From: Octopus sinensis
Lineage: Eukaryota
NCBI RefSeq assembly: GCF_006345805.1
Contig: NW_021824689.1
Span: 1-45,247, forward strand
Direction: 5' to 3'
Length of the DNA stretch: 45,247 nt
Position numbers and translations under genes: made by a program. Of the stretch, positions 1-12,059 are shown piece by piece (position 1 is the first letter of the stretch; every line of letters begins with the position of its first letter). The notes below the pieces were generated by a model that saw only the letters and a program-made list of their open reading frames with translations, ran no database searches and had not been told where the DNA came from.

Positions 1-30
1 TACATACATCATACATACATACATACATAG
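1..30. repeat. (TACA)n microsatellite
   Basis: Directly visible tacatacat... tract. Confidence 0.95.
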
Positions 31-699
31 AAATGGCGCGAAGTGATAATCTGATAATCTAAGGTTTCCACAAAAAGAAATCAACCAGCTAACTCACACA
101 TTACAAACACAATTTGTAACTTAAAGAATAAACATACATGCAAGACTTTTTCAAATTTGAAATGTGACAGTGTTTTTGTTATCTCCATGTTGGAACTTTA
201 TAATCTTTGTTAGAAACCAGCTCCTTCCTCTGGGGAAGATTTCAAATAGTTAGAAACAAAAGGAACATACATATATAATATGAGGCAAGAAGGAATTTCC
301 AGATTCAACTACTGATGTAAAAAAAAAAAACTTACACTTTATTCGAGGTATCTTATCGACCATTCCTGTCAGCCTTCAATGGGGACATATTAAATATTAA
401 ATATCCATCAATTGTAAATAATGTAAATAATGTAATAACCGTTTCTTCATTAGCCACGCAGGGCTCAGTGATAATATTATTAATGTGGCACAAATATCTT
501 TTATGAAACAAGAAGGAAAATTCAAACAGTACACCAAATCGCTTGTCCTATGCTTAATCTGGAAGCGTACCCCTCAGGGGTAAACCAGTCTTGAGTCGAA
601 AAATCATCCACTGGAACAAATTCTTCTCTGAATACGAACCTAGATGATCCCTTGAATGGGAACTGCTCCAACTCGAGCCCTCCAAATTCACCACCACAG

Positions 700-3370
700 C
701 TACCACAGAAAAATGTAAGAGGATCAAATAATCCCGAGAAGAGAATAAAGAAGTAATAGACGCTTACTCCTATGCATTAGTTAGGCCATCTCAAGAGAGA
801 CCACCATTATGTCTTACAAAGTATGGAGAACGCAAAATCAGAACAGAAGATCCTATTTGAATGTAAACAAGTTCGCAATTGTTAGGAGGAATATCTTTAG
901 AAATAATAGATTCCCAAATAGCGAAGTAAGCGCAATCAAGCACGCAACGGAATACGGCCAAAATATAAGACAGGAAGGAAATGAAGAATCAGATGAAGAA
1001 GCAGTCTTAATTGAAATACTGCCATCTGACCAAATCACGCAAAGGCTTGAAGAAATAAATTCAAATGAACTTGATAAAGATAGCCTGGAAAGGGAAAAAG
1101 CAACAGTATTTGTTAAAGAACACAGAGAGTTTATGATGGAAATGAAGCAGAAATGTTGAATAAGTATGAAGTTGTAAGACATGCAAGTATGAAGGATAGA
1201 GAACCACTTCGTAAGCTTTCAAAAACATAAGCTAAAATAAAAGACAAATTAAAATTCGCAACTATTTAACAAAAGAAATCATACAAGAATTTAAACCTAA
1301 TTTTATTGAGATAAATGAAATTATTTAAGCTTCTGATGAGATAATTGAAACCAGTTGTATGCTTCCGTAAAAAGACAATGACAACCAGCCTGGGAAGAAA
1401 TCCCGACTGGACAAGAAAAATTGAAAAAATAAAAAATAGTGAATTAATGAGAGGGGAAATATCAATACTGAATGAGCTAATCTGTGGTGACTATGTATGA
1501 TTCAGAAAAAGAAATATGAAGAGAAAAATATAGAGAACTGTTTTCAGCAAAAGAAGCACTACAACAAAATGTCAAAGCAGAAGCTCAAAGAATTCAATGA
1601 TATGAGAAGAGAAGCAGGTTTTACAAGCAAAATAAGCTGTTCACATTCCAATACGAAAACATTCTCTAGAGAAATAGGGAAGGAGAAAATAACCGTTGAA
1701 AACCCCCACTCCCGTGGAAGAAATTGAAATATTTTGGATAAAGATTTGGAGTGATGAGAAGACACACAATGAAATTGCAGATTGGATTAGACGCACAGAA
1801 GAATTCTACAAAAATTTACTAGAACAAGTATGGGAACTCATCACAATAGTAGATCTAAGAATGACACTCACGAAGGCTCCCAAATGGAAATTCCCCGATA
1901 AAGATAGAATGCCAAATTCCTGGCTCTCATCGCTCCCGTAAGATGCTCAATGAAATTATGAGAGATACTAAGAAACTATATGAATGGTTAACAAGTAGTA
2001 TTACTTACATACTCACAAAGAATAATGAAACCAAAGTTTCAAAGTACTTCGGCCCATAACCTGTTGATCTGCCACTTATAAAATTTCCTCGTGGAGAAAA
2101 CATGTGCATTTGTAGAATAGAACGGTATTTTCCCCACTGAACAAAAAGGGAGCCGTCGAGGCTCATATTGATGCAAATATCAACTCCTAACTAATTGCAT
2201 GATCCTTATGAACGGTCAAAACAAGCGTAGAAATTTCAGTTCTGAATGGATTGATTACAAAAAGGCTTCCGACACCGTATCGCATTCCTGGATCTTGAAA
2301 TTTCATCTTGAAAATTTCTCCTGTGATTTCAATCTTCCTGAAGTGTAATATGTCATTGTGGAATACGGATCTCTAAATTATATCATTCAAATGGCGTACT
2401 AGCTTCAGATAATATTGATATCAACTGTGGATTTTTTCAAGATGACTCATTTTCACCTCCAATGTTTTGCATAGCTCTAATATCTCTTGCAAGAGGACTT
2501 AACAGAGGAGAATATGGGTATAAAATTGGCAATAAGAAAAATAAGCCATCTATTTCGTATAGATGACGTAAAACAATATGGCAACGATAATGATGAGCTT
2601 GAAGGCCTATTGCGTATTGTGAAAGCATTCAGTGATTACACCGAGATGGAGCTTGGTCTTGATAAATCTATCAAGGCCACTTTTCGAAAAGGGAAATTGA
2701 AGACCACAAATTCAGTCGTGTAAGATGTTGATACAGTAATGAAACAAACCTACAAATACCTAGAATAAATGATGGCTCTGGCATTCAGCATACAAGCGTG
2801 AAAGAGATCAGAAAGGAGTGTTATAGGAGAGTTCGAGCAGTCCTGAAATCTAACACGAAAGCACCTAACAAAGTGGTAATCACAAACTCCTTAGCAGTCC
2901 CAACTGTTACATATAACTTCAATGTATTGAACCGAATGTCAGTGAAATAAAGAAAAATTGATGGGAAAAATACATAAACTACTAACTTGTTATAAGATGC
3001 ACTACTCAAAGGCAGACGTGAACTGTCTTCACTACTCCAGATCCCAAAGAGGTTGAGTCTTGATCCAGTTTAAAATTCCTCTCGAAACCATCACAATTCA
3101 ACTGGCCAAATATCTTGAAACAACAAACGATTGAATGCTGAAACTCGTTGAAAAAGCTTCATTCGGTCCTAAAGGAGAGCTAAATCTTTGTTAGTTATCT
3201 CATGCATGATACCCACGCCGAATAACATGAAGGAAGTGCAGCAACTGTTGTTGCAAAGGTGAAATCAATGGGTAAGAAAAATAGCGCTCGAGTAATTGGC
3301 TGATAGAAGAGAGCAGAGAACTTTCCTAGAAAATATATGGCCCGTATGCAAACAAGCTGATGTAGATTAT
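700..3370 (+). mobile_element. Decayed Dong/R4-clade non-LTR retrotransposon, 5' part and RT domain (frameshifted, many stops)
   Basis: Collinear ORF remnants typical of R4/Dong: 809-1159 (RRSYLNVNKFAIVRRNI), 1696-1941 (FWIKIWSDEKTHNEIADWI...KAPKWKFPDKDRMPNSWL) and 2487-2723 (ISHLFRIDDVKQYG...LGLDKSIKATFRKGK, a degenerate YMDD motif). QADVD lies at 3353-3367. Family assignment is from remembered motifs. Confidence 0.8.
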
Positions 3371-3813
3371 CATTACCAATTTTGCAGGCTGACCTGGCAT
3401 TAATTGCTTCTCTCACCACTGACCAGAACACATAAACAACTTGAGATAAAAAATCTAGGCGATCGGAGCGATCATTCCTTTATTGTTAGAATTTCGATAA
3501 CTGGATCACTTGGGTCAATTATATCATCCCACTATCATAAACTCTTCTTTGTTCTGACCCAAAATACGCTATTCTGATAAGTTCATTCTGCCAACTGAAT
3601 GGGAACAGGATCAATAGTAAATATTTTTACTTCGTGAATTTGTAAACTATGTTGAATAAGTTGAACTGTCCTTTATGTTTGAAGATCATGAATTCGTCTG
3701 ACGAAAATGGTTTTTTTACAATGATGTAATGCTTCCATTAATAAATTAAAGGAGTCGTTGGAAACGGGTGTAAGAAATTGACACCTGTACGACTTTGTTA
3801 CTCATTTCTAAAG

Positions 3814-3857
<44 letters not shown>

Positions 3858-3921
3858 TATGTATGTGTGTGTGTATATATGTGTGTGTATGTATGTACTA
3901 TGTATATGTATATGTATATGT

Positions 3922-4084
3922 AGGCATAGGTGCAAGCGTGACTCCCAACCACATAGTTCCGGGTTCAGTCCCACTGCATTGCACCTTGGGCAAATGTCCT
4001 CTACTATAGCCGACCAAGACCTTGTGAAAGAAACCCGTCGTATATATATATATATATATATATATAGATATATTATATATATAT

Positions 4085-4125
<41 letters not shown>

Positions 4126-4320
4126 TAGGTATGCATGTATGTATGTATGCATGTATGTATGTATGTATGTATGTATGTATGTATGTATGCATGTATGTAT
4201 GTAGTATGTATTTGTGTGTCTCTGTCTGTCTCCCCACCATTGCTTGGCAACTAATGTTGGTGTGCTTACTTCCTCGTAACATACCGGTTTCAGCAACAGT
4301 GACCAGAATAAGTACCAGAC
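3922..4320 (+). mobile_element. tRNA-derived SINE with CORE-like domain (family B), internally deleted, with central (TA)/(TATG)n tract
   Basis: B-box-like gggttcagtccc, CORE-like ccttgggcaa, then a microsatellite and a partial 3' half; homologous to 35561-35998. Confidence 0.8.
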
Positions 4321-4324
4321 AATT

Positions 4325-4545
4325 TGTTGCCGAACAACCACAGAAGATGATTTGTTTATAGCGATCAAATGTTCGTGTTCGCATAAGCTCAATCCCTCCA
4401 TCAAACTGACATTACCTGTACAGGTGCACCGGGTACCACATTTGAGACGACAAAACAATCCCTTTGCACAAGAACACAACGCAACGCTCGGTCTTGGGAA
4501 GGAACCGAACCCACGATCTCGCAATCGCGTTTCTTTCTGTCACAA
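4325..4545 (-). mobile_element. Old SINE-like repeat (family D)
   Basis: Reverse complement aligns by eye to 22535-22800 (gcgttgtgttctt, tttgatggag, gtggttgttc..gca). Confidence 0.55.
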
Positions 4546-4702
4546 GTGTTACTCTGTACCACCAGTCTCAAGATTTGCTTTCTGCACTGGCTACGACGTA
4601 ACGCAGCTCCGGAGTTACTCTATGGCACACATAGATCAGTACAACTTCCAAATACATATAGACGCCGCCCAATCATCTGCCGAATTGGTTATTTAGGCCC
4701 TT

Positions 4703-4855
4703 AACAAGTATAGTGTTATTGGACGCTCAGGAAAGGGAAGAAAGAATGAGGATTTAACGTTTCGAGCGGAACTCTTCGTCAGAAACATAGAAAAAGGAAA
4801 AGTCTAAGGAAGGGAAGACGGAGGAAGAAAATCGCCAACGATACACACGCGGTCG
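4703..4855 (-). mobile_element. Solo PLE terminal repeat (pLTR-like) unit, HHR family 1
   Basis: Near-identical to the units at 8781-9215 and contains the hammerhead core. Confidence 0.7.
4750..4790 (-). ncRNA. Minimal type I hammerhead ribozyme motif (family 1)
   Basis: RNA: GUUU CUGACGA A GAGU-UCC-GCUC GAA ACGU U AAAU; core CUGACGA at 4782-4776. Confidence 0.65.
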
Positions 4856-6169
4856 TTCTACACTGCAAAGTGGCGACATCCAAAGTTTAATGATGTTCCT
4901 AATATATTTTGCCATAATCACCTTCTGCTGTGCCTCCTATGTATGGGTAAACTTCTGCAATGTTGTGTAGGATACTATCTCAGCTTGATATTTTTTTTAC
5001 CACATCCTCTGTTTTGAATATTGCGTATTTGATTCCATAGTCTCTCCCATGACTGATAGAAATTATATTATTCTACACATTGTCTAGAGATTCCTGAAAT
5101 TGCTCTATCGAGTGTATCATAAAAGCTCTTGTATTCTTGTTTTTATAAGAGTCTGTGGTAATGATGTAGATTCCATTGTCACGCATTGCTACTCGGCAGA
5201 ATATTTCACACCCAGCTGGTTCATATCTAAGATCTGCCTCTTTGAGGTAGTTCCATCAAAAGAAGATAAGTTTGGAAACGCTTCCCTTGTTTCTTAAGTG
5301 GACCTTTCCATTGTTTTTTTTTCCGTTTAAGGACACACGTATGTTTGTGTTGTCGTTATTTGAGTCATTTTCTATCAGAAATCCAATATTTTTTCATGTG
5401 AAATAAATAAATCAACTATCAAGAAGAATTTAAAATGCTTTATTTTCTTTTTCTTTTTCTTTTTTTTTTTTTTTGTCACTTCTCTGTAAAAAGGTAATGT
5501 TTTCTTTCGGATATTTTGAGGAGGCGTTTTTAAACGTTGTAACCAGTTTGTTTATGTATAATAGAAAAGGCCAATTTTGTTCTTCGCCAATTAATTTTTT
5601 TTTCCTAACACGGGAGAATAAATAACAAACAAATTGTTATTTTTCTTTACATTCTATGTTAGAAATTCTATGCTAAAAATATTTTCTACTTAATTTCAAC
5701 TGATAATATTCCCCGATTTTGATGAGCCAAAGGAAATGTGCTTGATTCAATCAAAAACAACAACAAAAAGAAAAAAAAAACACCAACAATAATAGTTTCA
5801 AATTTTGGAACAGGGATAAGAATTTTACAAGGAGGAAGCGAGACAATTACACCGACCTCAGTACTTCTCAGGGCCGCAGCACACGTCACAGCAGTGCTAG
5901 AAACCAATCCCACACAAGGCGTACTAAAACGGACAGTAGGTGGACATCCGGGAGTCATGACTCAGAGTAGCGTCAGGAGTTAAGAGCCGAAACACTTGCC
6001 TAAAGTGGGTTTCTCTGAGTACCACCTGCTGTTACCCTCTCTCAAAGTGTCTTTCCACCTGAAATGGGAATATCCTAAAATAAATTCGACTGCTCTCACA
6101 AAAGGAAATACTAAAAATGAACCCGACCACTCTCACAAATTAAGTAAAAAAAAAAAAGGGGGGGGAAGG

Positions 6170-6351
6170 AAATAATCTAGAATCCTTGCCCAGTACTGGA
6201 TCTATACCAAAATCTAATCAGTTCATGCCAGTCACGAGACCAAACATCCCTGAAAGTTTCATCCGAATCCATCCAGTGGTTCTTGAGATATCTTGTCCAC
6301 GGAAAACAAACGCGACTAAAAACAATAACTCCGTCTTAGCTAAGGCGGAGG

Positions 6352-6353
<2 letters not shown>
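6170..6353 (+). mobile_element. Non-autonomous Helentron/HINE-like element end with terminal hairpin
   Basis: Terminal inverted pair ctccgtctta (6329-6338) / taaggcggag (6341-6350), preceded by the aaagtttcatccgaatcc...cttgagatatcttg motif. Classification is from memory. Confidence 0.4.
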
Positions 6354-6395
<42 letters not shown>

Positions 6396-6435
6396 ATAAT
6401 AATAATAATAATAATAGTAATAATGATAATAATAG
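6354..6435. repeat. (CTA)n(TAA)n compound microsatellite
   Basis: Directly visible. Confidence 0.95.
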
Positions 6436-6529
6436 TAGTTTCAAAATTTGCCACAAGGCAAGGGTTTGGGGTGAAGAGAGGATGAGTTGTTTACATCCAC
6501 TCCAGTGTTTCAATTGTATTTATTTAATA

Positions 6530-6690
6530 ATAGTTTTTACTATTGGCAAAAGGCCTGAAATTTGTGTGGATCAGGCTAGTCGATTACTCCGACTCCAGTA
6601 CGCAGTTGGTACTTATTTTATCGACCCTGAAAAGGATAGAAGTTGACATCGGCGGTTTTGAAGTTTGAACGTTGGAACGGACGAAAGGCT
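6530..6690 (-). mobile_element. SINE family A (Meta-domain-like), partial
   Basis: ggtacttattttatcgaccc..aaaggat is the reverse complement of the family A central domain. Confidence 0.7.
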
Positions 6691-6942
6691 GCTACTACTA
6701 CTATTATTTGTGTTTGGAAAATTTGACGGGAGAAAAGGACGCCGAAAGACATTTTCCCCTTCAAAGTCTCCTCCCATCTTCCTCTTTCTTTGGTTCGGGA
6801 ACGAAGACGACGCCATATGGAAAATGTTCAACATCTCAAAACAAGAAAATATTTTTTTCCAAATGTTTCGTCTTTTAGAGCAAGTAAACCCCATAAGTGA
6901 TTAGACCAATAAGATCCGGATCAAATTGGAAACAAAATATAG

Positions 6943-7325
6943 GAAGCACTCCGTCGGTTACGACGACGAGGGTTCCGGTTGATCCGAATCAACGGAACAG
7001 CCTGCTCGTGAAATTAACGTGTAAGTGGTTTGAGCACTCCACAAGACACGTGTACCCTTAACGTAGTTCTCGGGGATATTCAGCGTGACACAGAGAGTGA
7101 CAAGGCCGGCCCTTTGAAATACAGGTACAACAGAAACAGGAAGTAAGAGAAAGTTGTTGTGGTGAAAGAGTACAGCAGGGATCACCACCATCCCCTGCCG
7201 GAGCCTCGTGGAGCTTTTAGGTGTTTTCGCTCAATAAACACTCACAACGCCCGGTCTGGGAATCGAAACCGCGATCCTATGACTGCGAGTCCGCTGCCCT
7301 AACCACTGGGCCATTGCGCCTCCAC
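6943..7325 (-). mobile_element. Full-length tRNA-derived SINE (family C) with 13-bp TSD
   Basis: tRNA-like head with A and B boxes (tggcccagtggttaggg; ggtttcgattcc). TSD tggaaacaaaata at 6927-6939 and 7326-7338. Homologous to the copies at 7955 and 36209. Confidence 0.92.
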
Positions 7326-7384
7326 TGGAAACAAAATACAATATAAATTAATAAAAACATGTTCCTAATGAAGAAAACAAAGTG

Positions 7385-7480
7385 CAGACTTAATTTTATT
7401 CATCCTGGAGAAATGAAAAGTAAAGCTGACCTCGGTGGAATTTTGAACTCAAAACGTCGAAATCCAAAACAGAAATTTCT
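7385..7480 (-). mobile_element. SINE family A fragment
   Basis: gaaatgaaaagtaaagctgacctcggtggaatttt matches the family A body. Confidence 0.6.
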
Positions 7481-7562
7481 ACATCTTTTTTTTTTTTTCT
7501 ACTCTACGAATCTGTCAATTTGCTGTCTGTCGCCAAGTATTCGAAGAATTTTTATTATTCTA

Positions 7563-7593
<31 letters not shown>

Positions 7594-7954
7594 TTATTAT
7601 ATATATACATATATATAATTTAGCTCCAATTTCCAGAAAAAAAGAAAAGAAAGTTATTTTGTTATTAGAATTTTGATCCATTTTTTTATTCTTATTTTTT
7701 ATAGAATAGTTAGAAGGAAAGTTTTTCGAGTAAAATAAGTGAAATTAATCGGATTTTTTTATTTTTTCTTTGCGAAAAATACAGAGACGCCAAAGAATAA
7801 TTGTCTAAATAAAGTTATAGACACTAATTAGAGAACGTAAAGACATGACCATAAGCCAGTAGTCTTTCAATTTATCGTCTCCCTATATTTTTTATTTAAT
7901 GTATAGTTGGTACATGTGTGCGTCTGCGTGTGTATGCGTGGGTTTCATACATGC

Positions 7955-8340
7955 GTGGAGGCGCAATGGCTCAGTGGTTAGGGCAGCGGATCGCGGTCAT
8001 AGGATCGCGGTTTCGATTCCCAGACCGGGCGTCGTTGTGAGTGTTTTATTGAGCGAAAACACCTAAAGCTCCACGAGGCTCCGGCAGGGGATGGTGTGTG
8101 ATCCCTGCTGTACTCTTTCACCACAAATTTCTCTCACTCTTACTTCCTGTTCTGTTGTACCTGTATTTCAAAGGGCCGGCCTTGTCACTCTCTGTGCCAC
8201 GCTGAATATCCCCGAGAACTACGTTAAGGGTGCACGTGTCTGTGGAGTGCTCAGCCACTTACACGTTAATTTCACGAGCAGGCTGTTCCGTTGATTCGGA
8301 TCAAACGGAACCCTCATCGTCGTAACCGACGGAGTGCTTC
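7955..8340 (+). mobile_element. Full-length tRNA-derived SINE (family C) with 10-bp TSD
   Basis: TSD ttcatacatg at 7944-7953 and 8344-8353; same body as 6943-7325. Confidence 0.92.
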
Positions 8341-8876
8341 CTCTTCATACATGTACCAGCCTATGTGTGTGAGATAACCATTGTGAATAAACACAATCGG
8401 CGTGGGAGTCTAGGTGTACGTGGTCGTCGAATTTGCAGGAAATAGAAGCCAAATCTATCATAAACCAAACTCTGTTGTCTTTAAAGATAAATATAATGAA
8501 TAACACTGAATACTGTAGTCCTAGATTTACTGTGTCTGAAAAAAGGAAATAGGATAGCCAGGGCTACAAACTCTTTGATCATGGTTCTGCTAATCATAAC
8601 TAATCTGGATTAGACAGCAAAAGTAACAACAACTGCACGCTTAAAGAAAGTGTTCTCTAACTTCACTCCTTGCTTTCTGCTGACGTCTGGTTCTGATTTC
8701 AAATCTTGTTTGTTTGGGATTTTTTTGTTTTTCTTAAATTATACTTTCTTGTACTAAACGAACTGTTTCTGGTATAATTAATCCGAACATGAAAACACAA
8801 AGAGAAAACACAACAACGCGTGGACGTGGAACAAGTATAGTGTTATTGGACGCTCGGGAAAGGGAAGAAAGAATGA

Positions 8877-8915
8877 GGATTTAACGTTTCGAGCGGAGCT
8901 CTTCGTCAGAAACAT
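8877..8915 (-). ncRNA. Minimal type I hammerhead ribozyme motif (family 1)
   Basis: GUUU CUGACGA A GAGC-UCC-GCUC GAA ACGU U AAAU. Confidence 0.7.
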
Positions 8916-8962
8916 AGAAAAAGGAAGGGAAGACGGAGAAACAAAATCGCCAACGATACACA

Positions 8963-9007
<45 letters not shown>

Positions 9008-9117
9008 CACATGTATATATAGTTAATCCAAACATGAACAGAGAGAAAACACAACAACGCGAGGACGTGAAACAAGTATAGTGTTATTAGACGCTCAGGA
9101 AAAGAAAGAAAGAAGGA

Positions 9118-9156
9118 GGATTTAACGTTTCGAGCGGAGCTCTTCGTCAGAAACAT
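9118..9156 (-). ncRNA. Minimal type I hammerhead ribozyme motif (family 1)
   Basis: Core, stem II and stem III identical to the 8877-8915 copy. Confidence 0.7.
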
Positions 9157-9315
9157 AGAAAAAGGAAGGGAAGACGGAGAAAGAAAATCGCAAACGATAC
9201 ACACACGGTCACAAGCTTCTGAAATATTCCGATACCCGATGCTCGATATTCTTATACACAATGCTCCATATTCCTATAACCGATGGTGAAATAGTGAGTT
9301 ACTCATAGACTGAAC

Positions 9316-10248
9316 TTAACCCTTTTGACATCATCCTACCAAAAAAAAAACCGCCCCCGTTTCTATGGTACAAACATCATGCTTTAAAGTGAGCTAAGTA
9401 TAAATATTCATCCAAATTTCGTGTAAATTTATGTTGCAAACACCAGGTTAATATAAGTTTCAAATTTTGAGCACAAGGCCAGAAATTTTGTGACTGGGTG
9501 TAAGTGAATTACATGCGCCTTCCGTGTTCAACTGGTTCTTATTTTATCGGCTCCGAAATGATGAAAGGCAAAGCTGACCACGTAGTATTTGAACTCAGAA
9601 AGTAAAATGGGAAGAAGTGGAGTTAAGCATTTTTTCCGACACGGTAACGCTTTTGCGAAAATTAATTTGAAAATGCATCATTTAAAACCAAAATTAAAAA
9701 TTCCGCAAGAACTTTCTTGACAACCTAATAATATTAATTTCCAAAGCTAGCAATTACGGGGTAGATTACGTCAATCCCAATGCTTAACTGGTACTTATTT
9801 TATGGAACCAGAAAGAATGAAATTCAAATTCGTCCTCGGTGGAATTTGAACTCAAAACCTGATGTTAGACGAAATACCTATTTCTTGACTACCCACAAGG
9901 GGTTAAACAGAGAGGGGACAAACAAGGACAGACAAACGGATTAAGTCGATTACATCGACCCCAGTGCGTAACTGGTACTTATTTAATCGACCCCGAAAGG
10001 ATGAAAGGCAAAGTCGACCTCGGCGGAATTTGAACTCAGAATGTAGCGGCAGACGAAATACCGCTAAGCATTGGTACATTTGGATGAACAAAGGGCGAAT
10101 TTCCACGCGCACAGACATACAAATAATTCTGCCATTTCGCCGCCTTTGTTTAACATGAACAAAGTTATCTGACTGAATTCTTCATTATTTTCAAAATTAA
10201 TGGAAACGAAAGAATATTTTAACAGAAATACAGTAACAAAAGTGTTAA
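9316..10248. mobile_element. piggyBac-like MITE (TTAA-flanked), interrupted by SINEs
   Basis: Left end TTAA-CCCTTTTG at 9316; right end CAAAAGTG-TTAA ending at 10248. A second partial right half lies at about 10250-10411. Confidence 0.55.
9455..10145 (-). mobile_element. Cluster of family A SINE copies (head-body-tail-body-tail plus an older copy)
   Basis: Three occurrences of the central domain (about 9530, 9790 and 9970); the best preserved copy is 9880-10070. Confidence 0.85.
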
Positions 10249-10584
10249 AGAGATCCAAATTAAATTCTTCCACCCAAACTTCTTGTTAATTTATATTCCA
10301 ATCACCAGCTCAACAAATGACCAAGTTATCTTAATAAATTCTTCGTTATTTCGAAAATTAATTGAAATAAAGTATTGTATTTCAACAGGTATGTAGCTAC
10401 AAAATAGTTAATGTAATTTTTTTTTTGTTATTGTTATTGAATAGCATCAATAACGATGGTTTCTAGAAAAAACATTGTGATTGAAAATTGGTACATGTGG
10501 AAAAACAAAAGGCGAATTTACACGCGCACACGCATACAAATAATTGTATTAAAAAATTCAAAGATTATATATATATGTATATTT

Positions 10585-10740
10585 TTTCTCTCCTTGTTTT
10601 TTCTGTGTCCCTTTCTGTAGAAGAGCGTAGGCTCGAAACGTAACAGACTTTTTCTATTCCTGAGCATTATACTAATACATCTGTTTGTTTTGTACACCAC
10701 CTGTCTTCATCTTTTGGTTTTTTTTTTCGTAAGCTCTCCC
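10585..10740 (+). mobile_element. Solo PLE terminal repeat unit with variant HHR (family 2)
   Basis: CCCUUU CUGUAGA A GAGC-GUAG-GCUC GAA ACGU A; homologous to the arms at 39735-39895 and 40478-40630. Confidence 0.7.
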
Positions 10741-10761
10741 TATATATATGTATATATATGT

Positions 10762-11268
10762 AGGTGCAGAAGTGGCTTTGTGGTACGATGCTTGCTTCCC
10801 AACCACATGGTTCTGGGTTCAGTTCCTGTGCGTGGCAAGTGTCTTCTACTGTAACCTCAGGCTGATCAAAGTCTTGTGAGTGGATTTGGGAGACGGAAAC
10901 TCAAAAGAAGCCCGTCGTATATATGTATACCAGAGTAAGGACATAAATGTGAAACAAGGTAGGAAAAAAATAGTACTCGAATACCGGAGGTAGAGTAATA
11001 TGCTTTATTAATAAAGCTGCAAAGACATCACAAAACCTGTTATATTTATGTGTTTGTGTCTGTTTGTCCCCCCCACCACCACCACATCATCGCTTGACAA
11101 CCGATGTTGGTGTTATTACGTCCCCGTAACCTAGCGGTTCGGCCAAAGAAACTGATAGAATAAGTACTAGGCTTACAAAGGATATAAATCCTGGGATCTA
11201 TTTCTTCGACTAAAGGCGGTGCTCCAGCGTGGCCGCAGTCGAATAACTGAAACAAGTAAAAGGAGTAA
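10762..11268 (+). mobile_element. Family B SINE with an unrelated ~120-bp insertion in the central tract
   Basis: Head 10762-10918, insertion about 10925-11045, 3' half 11045-11268. Confidence 0.85.
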
Positions 11269-12059
11269 AAATAATTATATATATATTTGTGTGCGTGTAG
11301 GTGTTTATCCGCTTTCTCGCGTGTGTTTGCGTATAGGTGTTTGTCCGTGTGTGTGTGTGCGTGTGTCACAACACGCGTACATATGAGCTCTGAGTTCAAA
11401 ACCTGCTCTACAGTGCTAAGGATGATTTGGTTACTATGCAGAGTGTGGTGAATAAATTGTCGTCTAAATACGCAAAAATGAGAATAACTAAAGGCGACTA
11501 AAAGCGGTGCTCCAGCACGGCCGCAGTCAAACAACTGAAACAAATAAAATAATATATAATGAATAAAGGACTAAAGATGTTGGTATTAAATTTATTATCC
11601 GGTTACTATCGTTTCAGTGATACATGGGTGATATGAATCATTTACATACACACAAAGTCAACTGTTCTGCTTTGGTAAAATCAACAAAAAAGTACGCCAT
11701 CCAATGACAGATAAATATCATTTAACGTTCACAATACAAAGATAAGTGCTACTAATAGTTTCTTGCTGTGAAGACACGTGGCTAGGCGGATTTTTATGAC
11801 GTGCCTTGTTTCTCCAAGCAATGTTCAAGCTCCGATCACATGGTCTGTTCTACTTGTAAATCAGGATGCTAGAAGATGAGAAACAACGAGAAAAAAGACG
11901 AGAAGATTCATGCAAAATGTGGAAGTATGAATAAAAAGGATAAAGAAAAGAGACGAAATTAGAGCTACCACCCCTTTTTTGCCTTTGAAGTCATGACAAA
12001 ACTAGTTGTAGAATAATTCAACTGAGAGGGGTTCAAATCTGAGAGACAGTTGCTCAGTT

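Larger units (their letters stand above)
8781..9215 (-). mobile_element. Tandem pair of HHR-bearing units (PLE pLTR-like or retrozyme-like), period 241 bp
   Basis: Two direct copies separated by a (CA)n tract; cores (tcgtcag on +) at 8903-8909 and 9144-9150. Confidence 0.8.

Noticed and set aside
1325-1365. CUGAUGA...GAAAC inside the Dong relic
   Set aside because: Stem II is too short and stem I is mismatched; it lies in decayed coding sequence.
3700-3782. CUGACGA...GAAACGGGUGUA hammerhead-like motif
   Set aside because: Stems I and II need several mismatches or bulges. It is possibly a decayed long-stem-II HHR but is not supportable from this copy alone.
4870-5310. Faint RTE-like RT similarity on the minus strand
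   Set aside because: Only vague motif echoes across many stops; needs TBLASTX or an HMM search.
6690-6816. Possible first exon on the minus strand (ATGGCG..., MASSSFPNQRKRKMGGDFEGENVFRRPF)
   Set aside because: No recognisable homology or convincing splice donor, and it runs into a microsatellite and SINE. RNA-seq or BLASTX would be needed.
11595-11635. Minus-strand GAAACGAUAGUA...AAUAAA, resembling the 3' half of an HHR downstream of PLE lineage C
   Set aside because: No CUGANGA half was found upstream.
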